Below are positions 1 to 5,550 of a stretch of 12,544 nt of DNA, piece by piece. The notes beneath the pieces were generated by a model. It searched no databases, had not been told where the DNA came from, and saw nothing but the letters and a program-made list of their open reading frames with translations. The position numbers were made by a program, and so were the translations under genes. Source of the DNA: Promethearchaeati archaeon (GTDB taxonomy: Archaea; Asgardarchaeota; Heimdallarchaeia; JABLTI01); NCBI GenBank assembly GCA_013166835.1, contig JABLTI010000114.1, positions 1-12,544 of the forward strand. The letters run 5' to 3'. Numbering within the stretch: the first letter of the stretch is position 1; the number at the start of each line of letters is the position of its first letter.

Positions 1-145
1 TGATGACCTCCGCCAACTCCCGCAAGGATGCGTTGTCCTGGCGAATCAGATTGAGCACTTCCAGCGCGACCGCCGACAGACTCGGCAGGTTCTCACAACG
101 CTGGAGTTGCTCACGAAGTTTTTCAGCAACAGCCGGGTCAAGCAT
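1..145 (-). CDS. HDOD-domain signalling protein, N-terminal fragment running off the window edge (bacterial type; not in the ORF track)
   Basis: The reverse strand from ATG at 145 reads MLDPAVAEKLREQLQRCENLPSLSAVALEVLNLIRQDNASLRELAEVI, open to the edge. LPSLxxVAxEVLxL...ASLxELAEVI is the typical start of an HDOD domain. Codons are GC-rich and GGGTGGGG lies just upstream of the ATG. Confidence 0.8.
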   Translation of the reverse strand, partial: MLDPAVAEKLREQLQRCENLPSLSAVALEVLNLIRQDNASLRELAEVI

Positions 146-222
146 GTCCCCACCCATCCGTCAAACGAAGAAGAACTTCGGTCTGCCTGGCGCGGAACGA
201 GGCCCGTATGGCGGCATTCGAG

Positions 223-245
223 GCCGATACGCACCGTCTATCGGC
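223..245. promoter_or_regulatory. Inverted repeat GCCGATA-N9-TATCGGC; each arm matches the sigma28/FliA -10 element
   Basis: gccgata at 223-229 and tatcggc at 239-245. The minus-strand GCCGATAG points toward the HDOD gene. There is no matching -35 at the expected spacing, which falls at the GC/AT junction. Confidence 0.4.
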
Positions 246-347
246 ACGCGGACAGGCTCAAGAAATAGAGACCGCTCTTCCAGCTATAGTAAGAAACAAG
301 ACAATTATCGACCAAACTATAATAGGTCTGATGGAGGAGGAGGTAGT

Positions 348-914
348 ATGGATAAGCAAAGAAAATACGAAGAATACGCTTGGACATTAGCCTATTTATC
401 AGAAGGAAGCCCCACAGATCCTAATCCGTTTTCCCAGAGAGAAGCTGTTGTTCAAGCTATTGGTGAAATATGGTTTACTTTACTAGAGTTAACTCCAAGA
501 AGAGGAGTAAATATCCAACCTTTAGTGAGAATTGGGATAGGGAAAGATAATAGAAAAGTCATTAGTCGAATCAAGAGACGAATAGGTTTTGATGATTTAG
601 CATCTTCATCAGAGAGAGTTCTAGAAGAATGTATTGTTGAAATTGTCAACAAACAAGAATTTAGATTCGTTAATTGGTTCAACAAAGCATCACTAGTTAC
701 TTCTAGAATGCATTCTTTCAAATTATTACCAGGTATCGGTACTACACATCTTGAAAATCTAATTTCGGAAAGAACCAAAGTAAACTTCACTTCTTTTGAA
801 GATATAGCCTCTAGAACAAAAGTATCAGACCCTAGAAAACTAATCATAGGAAGAATAATGAAGGAACTAACCAATCAAGATGAAAAATATCGATTATTCA
901 CTAGAAAGCCTTAA
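348..914 (+). CDS. DUF655 / COG1491 family archaeal nucleic-acid-binding protein (OB fold plus helix-hairpin-helix)
   Basis: Motifs EEYAWxLxYL, VQAIGExxFTLLEL, IKRRI, RFVxWFN, RMHxxxLLPGIG, FxSFEDI and EKYRLF. The ATG at 348 is preceded by GGAGGAGGT. The true start could be further upstream (R/S/N-rich extension from ~255) and be cut by the junction. Confidence 0.9.
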   Translation: MDKQRKYEEYAWTLAYLSEGSPTDPNPFSQREAVVQAIGEIWFTLLELTPRRGVNIQPLVRIGIGKDNRKVISRIKRRIGFDDLASSSERVLEECIVEIVNKQEFRFVNWFNKASLVTSRMHSFKLLPGIGTTHLENLISERTKVNFTSFEDIASRTKVSDPRKLIIGRIMKELTNQDEKYRLFTRKP

Positions 915-1585
915 GTTGATTCTCTATTTTCATCTAGAATAATATTCACTATATTTGTTAATCTTGCCAGATCGATTTTTTGTGAGATTACTACACTATT
1001 TATAAGAAAATCTTGTGAGTTCAAAGGAATCTTTGAGAGATGTTCAGGGATAAAAGAAAAGTATACAATGAAAGCGTTTTTGTTTTCTGAAAGAGTCTTT
1101 ATCAAATGCACGAATTCCTTCAATGTGACACTCCTTGCGTCTGGATTTATATGATTATTATCTAAAGCCACGCTAACTAAAGGAATTGGAGTCTTTGCTT
1201 TCACAGATAAATCTTGAAGTGGATTGCTAGCGAGTCTTATGAACAATCCGGGATTAGCTTCAAACCAAATATTATTTGTAAAATAATTATTAGAAAAAAC
1301 CTCAAGGAATTTTTTCTTAGCTTTAAGTATTAATGAAGCTAAACTCCTCAATTCAGGACCTAAATATCTGATTGTTGCACTATCGATTTGTATAATATGA
1401 GAAACTGGTTTTTCAATAAAAATTCTAATAATCACTTTCTCTCTTAATGAATGGGATAGAAAAATTGCGTTAGTAACAATTCGAGATAATAATCCAATAG
1501 AGAGACGATTTTCAGAAAAGGAAACATTTAGATCTTTTTTCTCATAGGTTAGTTCAGTCAATGAAATTACAAAAATTCTTTGCAT
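911..1585 (-). CDS. trmY: TrmY-like SPOUT protein (tRNA pseudouridine-54 N1-methyltransferase family), divergent and possibly inactive
   Basis: LLSRxVxxAIFLSHSLR, IRYLGPELRSLAxLIxKA, EANPGLFIR and terminal IVNIILD match the TrmY pattern. It lies next to srp54, as in the common archaeal cluster. The C-terminal SAM-binding motifs are not recognisable. Confidence 0.75.
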   Translation of the reverse strand: MQRIFVISLTELTYEKKDLNVSFSENRLSIGLLSRIVTNAIFLSHSLREKVIIRIFIEKPVSHIIQIDSATIRYLGPELRSLASLILKAKKKFLEVFSNNYFTNNIWFEANPGLFIRLASNPLQDLSVKAKTPIPLVSVALDNNHINPDARSVTLKEFVHLIKTLSENKNAFIVYFSFIPEHLSKIPLNSQDFLINSVVISQKIDLARLTNIVNIILDENREST

Positions 1586-1660
1586 TGTAATCACATGGAT
1601 TAATACTCATTAAAGCATAAACAAGAAAAAAGAAGAGAAATAATTAAAAGATAGATCTAA

Positions 1661-3052
1661 TTATCTCTTTTTTCCTCGAGTAATTTTTGTACCTTTACTA
1701 CCGCCTTGTTGCATGGCCGCTAAATCCGGTATATTTGGCATTTTTCCTCCTCTTCTTCCTAATCCTTTCTTCATTCCCTTCATCATCTTCTTCATTTGAT
1801 TAAATTGAGTCAATAATTGCTTTACATCTTTAGCATCTGTTCCTGAACCTCGAGCGATTCTTTGAACTCTTGTGCTTTTAATAACAGTAGGATTATCTAA
1901 CTCAGCAGCAGTCATTGATTCCATCATACACATGAACTTCTTCATGTTCTCTTCAGATGTGTCTTCAAAACCTGCAGGCATTCCAGTTGAGAATCCTGGC
2001 AAGAACGATAGAATCTTAGAAAGCGAACCCATTTTTCCAATATTTTGCATTTGTGAATACATATCTCTTAGAGTGAATTTTCCTGAAAGAAATGCTTTAG
2101 CCATTTCTTCATCTGGTTCAATTTGTGCTGCTTTCACGCTTTCGATCAAAGACTCGAGGTCACCCAAATTCAATAAACGACCAACAAAACCAGTTGGATC
2201 GAATCTTTCAAGGTCACCTATTTTTTCTCCAACACCAATATATTTTATCGGAGCTTTAGTTGCTGCACAAGCACTTAGAGCACCACCGCCTTTAGCTGAA
2301 CCATCTAATTTTGTAACAATTATACTGCCAATTTCTGTTGCAGTAGTAAAAGCTAGGGCTTGCTCATATGCTTGTTGACCTAGTGTTCCATCTAAAACCA
2401 AAACGATTTCATCTGGTTTTATTTGCCGGGCAATTCTAACCATTTCTTTTAGCATGGCTTTTTCTTCTTTATGACGCCCCGCTGTGTCTACTAAAATTAC
2501 TTCTTGTGTTTTTTGAAACTTGAGTATTCCATCTCTCGCTAATTTTATGGCATTCTTTTCCTTTGGATTTCCATATACAGGAACATTAGTCTGATCCCCT
2601 AATTGCTTGAGTTGTTCATAAGCACCAGGTCTATCAGTATCAGTACATACTAAAGCCGGTTTCATTCCTCTCTTACTTAACCAACTCCCTAGTTTTCCAA
2701 CGACCGTTGTTTTACCAGAACCTTGAATACCTACGAATAGCAATACATTCAACTTGCCTGGTTTTATTTTGAGTTTCTGGGCTTTACCCCCAAGAATTGT
2801 AACAAGTTCATCATGAACAATAGAAATCACATGTTTTTGACGAGGAATACCAGGAGGTAACTCCTCTTTTAAGGCTCGTTTTTCAACTCGCTCAGAAACC
2901 TCGAGAGCAATCTCAAGCTTGACATCGGCTTCAAGTAATGCTTTCATTAGATCATTTTTTAGCTCACGAACAAGTTTGGCGTCAACTGTCCCAGCACCGA
3001 CCAATTTTTTCAAAGCATTCGAGATAGATGAGCCTAATTTACCTAATACCAT
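1661..3052 (-). CDS. srp54: Signal recognition particle protein SRP54
   Basis: MVLxxLG start, ALLEADV, GIQGSGKTT, DTAGRH, TKLDGSAKGGGALS, FTLRDMYxQ, RIARGSG and a Met-rich M domain. The ATG at 3052 is preferred over the TTG at 3064. Confidence 0.98.
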   Translation of the reverse strand: MVLGKLGSSISNALKKLVGAGTVDAKLVRELKNDLMKALLEADVKLEIALEVSERVEKRALKEELPPGIPRQKHVISIVHDELVTILGGKAQKLKIKPGKLNVLLFVGIQGSGKTTVVGKLGSWLSKRGMKPALVCTDTDRPGAYEQLKQLGDQTNVPVYGNPKEKNAIKLARDGILKFQKTQEVILVDTAGRHKEEKAMLKEMVRIARQIKPDEIVLVLDGTLGQQAYEQALAFTTATEIGSIIVTKLDGSAKGGGALSACAATKAPIKYIGVGEKIGDLERFDPTGFVGRLLNLGDLESLIESVKAAQIEPDEEMAKAFLSGKFTLRDMYSQMQNIGKMGSLSKILSFLPGFSTGMPAGFEDTSEENMKKFMCMMESMTAAELDNPTVIKSTRVQRIARGSGTDAKDVKQLLTQFNQMKKMMKGMKKGLGRRGGKMPNIPDLAAMQQGGSKGTKITRGKKR

Positions 3053-3241
3053 ATTAAACACCAATTAAGAGATAGTTGGTTAATCATTATTTCCAATGAA
3101 ATATATATCACTTATAGTTTTATCCTTTTTATTGACTGCGTTATTTTGATAAAAAAACCTTCGCATTTTGTAGAATTATTGAAAAAAACATGTTTAAAAT
3201 TTCTATAAAAATAGATTAAATTTAGATAAGAAAATAAGAAG

Positions 3242-3303
3242 TAGTGTGCGAGTCTGGATTGGAACAGGGGATGCGTGTCCTTCCCGAACAGGACTACTAG
3301 CCC
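3242..3303 (-). pseudogene. tRNA-like relic lacking most of the anticodon arm and variable loop
   Basis: The minus strand reads GGGCTAG TA GTCC-TGTTCGGGAA-GGAC A CGCATCCCCTG TTCCAAT CCAGA CTCGCAC A CTA. It has a 4-bp D stem, a T-loop-like TTCCAAT and 5 of 7 acceptor pairs, but only 59 nt from position 1 to the discriminator. Confidence 0.4.
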
Positions 3304-3315
3304 TGCAAGAAGAAG

Positions 3316-3337
3316 TGGTGTGCGAGGTAGGATTCGA
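3316..3337 (-). pseudogene. tRNA 3'-end fragment (T loop to CCA)
   Basis: The minus strand reads TCGAAT CCTAC CTCGCAC A CCA, which is the canonical spacing of T loop, 5-nt T stem, 7-nt acceptor strand, discriminator and CCA. The 5' part of the tRNA is absent. Confidence 0.5.
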
Positions 3338-3582
3338 TTTTTAAGGAAATAAGGAAAAGGAAAAATAATCAATAGAAATAAGAACCAAAAGACTAAAAAA
3401 TCAATCTCATCATTGGCAAACAGAAGCGGAGAAATACAAAAGAATAAAAAGACCCGCAAAAGTGCTAGAGATGCTGAGATGCATCAATTCCTTGACCATG
3501 AACAAAGCTAACTCTGGAGAATAACATCCAACTCAAAGAAAGAGAAGGCAAGGAGCATAGGCAGGGAAAAACCAAAAAAAAA

Positions 3583-4233
3583 TTGGTAGGAGACAGAAAA
3601 ATTTACCAGGTTACCACCGTCCGCGATACCATTCGAGTGATTCCAAGTCGATTTGGAGAAAATCTCGATGAAGTCGTATTAGAAATTTGTCGAGAAACTT
3701 TCGAAGGTACGATAAGTAAGGATTTAGGTTTGACTATTGTTGTTATTGATCTTATTGAAATTGGTCCTGGGAGACTTGTTCCCGGAGATGGTGCTGCCTT
3801 TTTTGATGTAGCATTTACTACTCTCAACTATTTACCGGAGGACAGAGAGTTTATCATAGGTGATGTTGTTGAGGTTACTGATTTTGGAGCTAGAATTATT
3901 GCCGTTACTATTGGTAAATCCCAAATTCGTGTTGGAGTTACTATGCGACAAGCTGGTCTCGGTGTAGAAAGTTGGGTTGAAGAGTGGAAGAAAGCTACTG
4001 CGAAAGGGCAGAAAAAAGCAAAGAAAGCTGAGAAAGCAGAACCCAAGAAAAAAGAAGAAGCTAAGAAGGATGCAACTAAAAAAGCACCAGCTAAGAAAGC
4101 TACTACAACCAAGAAGGATGTAGATAAGAAAGCACCAGCTAAAAAAGCTACTACAACCAAGAAGGATGTAGATAAGAAAGCACCAGCTAAAAAAGCTTCT
4201 AAAACAAAAGAGAAGAAAACAACTAAAAAATAG
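3583..4233 (+). CDS. rpoE1: DNA-directed RNA polymerase subunit Rpo7 (E'), with an internal S1-domain deletion and a Lys/Ala-rich tail
   Basis: YxxxxVRDTIRVxPxxFG, GPGRLVPGDGAAFFDV, GDVVEVTDFGA and VGVTMRQAGLG are present. It lies upstream of spt4-DUF359-rps24e-rps27ae. The start codon is uncertain (TTG at 3583; ATT at 3601 sits where Met normally is). Confidence 0.93.
   Translation: MVGDRKIYQVTTVRDTIRVIPSRFGENLDEVVLEICRETFEGTISKDLGLTIVVIDLIEIGPGRLVPGDGAAFFDVAFTTLNYLPEDREFIIGDVVEVTDFGARIIAVTIGKSQIRVGVTMRQAGLGVESWVEEWKKATAKGQKKAKKAEKAEPKKKEEAKKDATKKAPAKKATTTKKDVDKKAPAKKATTTKKDVDKKAPAKKASKTKEKKTTKK
4081..4197 (+). repeat. 48-bp coding tandem repeat, about 2.4 copies (KAPAKKATTTKKDVDK)
   Basis: Units 4081-4128 and 4129-4176 differ at one base. 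There is a partial third unit at 4177-4197 and a degenerate part-unit at 4063-4080. Confidence 0.95.
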
Positions 4234-4269
4234 AGAGAAATAAATAAGTAAAATAATTTGGTGTTTAAA

Positions 4270-4452
4270 ATGGCTAAAGCATGTAAAACTTGCCACAGAA
4301 TTATCGAAGAAGGAAATCAATGCCCAAATTGTAAGACACACAACTTTTCTAAAGATTATTCTGGAGAAGTTCATATAATTGATCCAGAGATATTTTCTTC
4401 CAGAAGAGATGCGTTCAGAATTAAAAGACCCGTTAGGAGAACTCATCACTGA
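4270..4452 (+). CDS. spt4: Transcription elongation factor Spt4 (RpoE''), abnormal C-terminus
   Basis: KACKTCHRI...CPNC...FSKDYSGxVxIIDPE is the Spt4 Zn ribbon. After DPE the usual SxIA...PGxYA segment is absent and the frame runs into the DUF359 coding sequence. Confidence 0.88.
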   Translation: MAKACKTCHRIIEEGNQCPNCKTHNFSKDYSGEVHIIDPEIFSSRRDAFRIKRPVRRTHH

Positions 4453-4921
4453 AGAACCAACTTTGAAGCTAATTAAATTAGTTGAAGAAGAAAACCCCCC
4501 AATCATTATTTTTGTTGGAGATTATTGTGTTGAAGATGCATTAAAACACGGATTAACTCCAGATATTTCCATTATTGACGGTAAGAATCTTCGAGAACCT
4601 TACCACGAAATCTCAATTCATAACGCAAAAGTAATAAATAGTAATAATCCTCCAGCGAAAATAACCGTTGAATCTTGGACGGAAATTTCACAAGCGATAA
4701 AGCAACAGATCCAGAGAAAAGAAAAGAAATTACCAAAAGAACCAATAGTTCTTTTAATCACTGGAGAAGAGGATTTGCTTGTGTTTCCAGCAGTTTTGGA
4801 AGCACCAGAGAACTCCTTTGTTGTTTACGGACAACCCCATGAAGGGATTGTTCTTATAAAAGTAACAATGAACGCAAGATTCAAATTTGAGAAGCTCATC
4901 GAACGCATGAAGGTTGAGTAA
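4379..4921 (+). CDS. GTP-dependent dephospho-CoA kinase (DUF359 family)
   Basis: LPEEMRxELKxPLGEL, VGD, PDISIIDGK, NPPAxIT, GEEDLL and VVYGQPxEGIV. It is in the canonical position between spt4 and rps24e. Confidence 0.93.
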   Translation: MIQRYFLPEEMRSELKDPLGELITEEPTLKLIKLVEEENPPIIIFVGDYCVEDALKHGLTPDISIIDGKNLREPYHEISIHNAKVINSNNPPAKITVESWTEISQAIKQQIQRKEKKLPKEPIVLLITGEEDLLVFPAVLEAPENSFVVYGQPHEGIVLIKVTMNARFKFEKLIERMKVE

Positions 4922-4922
4922 A

Positions 4923-5216
4923 ATGAAGATTAAAGTCGTTGAAAAGAAGACCAATGTATTGCTCGACAGATTAGAAGTATCTTTCGTAGTCGAATCAGAG
5001 AAAGAAACACCAAAGAGACTTGAAGTTAGATCTAAACTTGCAGCATTAATCAACTATGATGAAAATCTAGTGATAATTAAAGGAATACATCAAGAAACTG
5101 GAAATCGAAAAAGCAAGGGAATGGCTCACGCCTATAAATCCGTTGATAATTTGAAACACGTAGAACCAGAATACTTGATCAAAAGAAATACACCAAAAGC
5201 TCCTCCTAAAGAATAG
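4923..5216 (+). CDS. rps24e: 30S ribosomal protein S24e
   Basis: NxLLxRxE, TPxRxEV, GxAHAY and EPEYLIxRN, plus synteny. The ATG at 4923 is in frame with the track ORF. Confidence 0.95.
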   Translation: MKIKVVEKKTNVLLDRLEVSFVVESEKETPKRLEVRSKLAALINYDENLVIIKGIHQETGNRKSKGMAHAYKSVDNLKHVEPEYLIKRNTPKAPPKE

Positions 5217-5250
5217 GAGCTAAGAAAAGCAATTAAGAGGATAGACTGAA

Positions 5251-5427
5251 ATGCCCAAAGAAAAAAACCAAGAAGTCTGGAAATATTATAGCGTAGATAA
5301 ATCAGGTATTAAACGATTGAAAAAAGAATGTCCACGATGCAAAGGTTCATTCCTAGCCGAACACAAAGACAGAAGAACATGTGGTCATTGTGGGTATACT
5401 GAATTCAAAACAAAAGGCAGTCGCTAA
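5251..5427 (+). CDS. rps27ae: 30S ribosomal protein S27ae (58 aa; not in the ORF track)
   Basis: Translates as [58 protein letters not shown], with CPRC...FLAEHxDRxxCGxCGYT. It directly follows rps24e. Confidence 0.97.
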   Translation: MPKEKNQEVWKYYSVDKSGIKRLKKECPRCKGSFLAEHKDRRTCGHCGYTEFKTKGSR

Positions 5428-5511
5428 ATGTTTCTTTTACTATTTTAAAGATACTCACAAAAATCCTACTAATTGTATAATTACATTCTAATAATTTAAT
5501 AGAATGTGATT

Positions 5512-5523
5512 AAGTCTTTTAAT
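5512..5523 (+). promoter_or_regulatory. Putative TATA box for bud32 (leaderless spacing)
   Basis: aagtcTTTTAAt lies about 30 bp upstream of the GTG at 5551. The AT-rich context limits specificity. Confidence 0.35.
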
Positions 5524-5550
5524 TAGATACAATTCTTTTAGTATACATAG

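Larger units (their letters stand above)
3236..3337. repeat. Imperfect 28-bp direct repeat, two copies 74 bp apart
   Basis: aagaagtagtgtgcgagtctggattgga (3236-3263) versus aagaagtggtgtgcgaggtaggattcga (3310-3337), 23/28 identical. Confidence 0.8.

Noticed and set aside
3-347. 5' part of the 303-aa ORF as a genuine long N-terminal domain of DUF655
   Set aside because: It is the antisense read of the GC-rich HDOD fragment, fortuitously in frame across the compositional junction. At most the part after ~255 could be real.
46-390. Track ORFs 46-234(-) and 208-390(+)
   Set aside because: They have no recognisable motifs and overlap better-supported frames.
452-2378. Antisense ORFs 452-874(-) and 1872-2378(+)
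   Set aside because: Shadow ORFs opposite DUF655 and srp54.
3236-3337. Direct repeat read as a mini-CRISPR or as SRP RNA beside srp54
   Set aside because: There are only two copies with five mismatches and no cas genes. It is too short for archaeal 7S RNA and I see no helix-8 motif. The tRNA-end geometry fits better.
3112-3459. 115-aa Phe/Leu-rich minus-strand ORF that looks like a membrane protein
   Set aside because: Its hydrophobicity is just the complement of A-rich plus-strand sequence, and it overlaps the tRNA-like relics.
4081-4197. 48-bp repeats as a CRISPR array
   Set aside because: They are head-to-tail, in frame within a CDS and have no unique spacers.
3886-4390. Missing rpo7 and spt4 segments as spliced introns or inteins
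   Set aside because: The absent parts are conserved protein sequence rather than intervening elements, so this is loss or collapse and not splicing.
3603-5053. Antisense ORFs 3603-3827, 3828-4160, 3832-4506 and 4754-5053
   Set aside because: Shadows of rpo7, spt4, DUF359 and rps24e. The apparent hydrophobic repeats are the reverse complement of the Lys-rich tail.
5251-5427. Ubiquitin-S27a fusion as in eukaryotes
   Set aside because: The ORF begins 34 bp after rps24e with no ubiquitin moiety, so it is the ordinary archaeal form.
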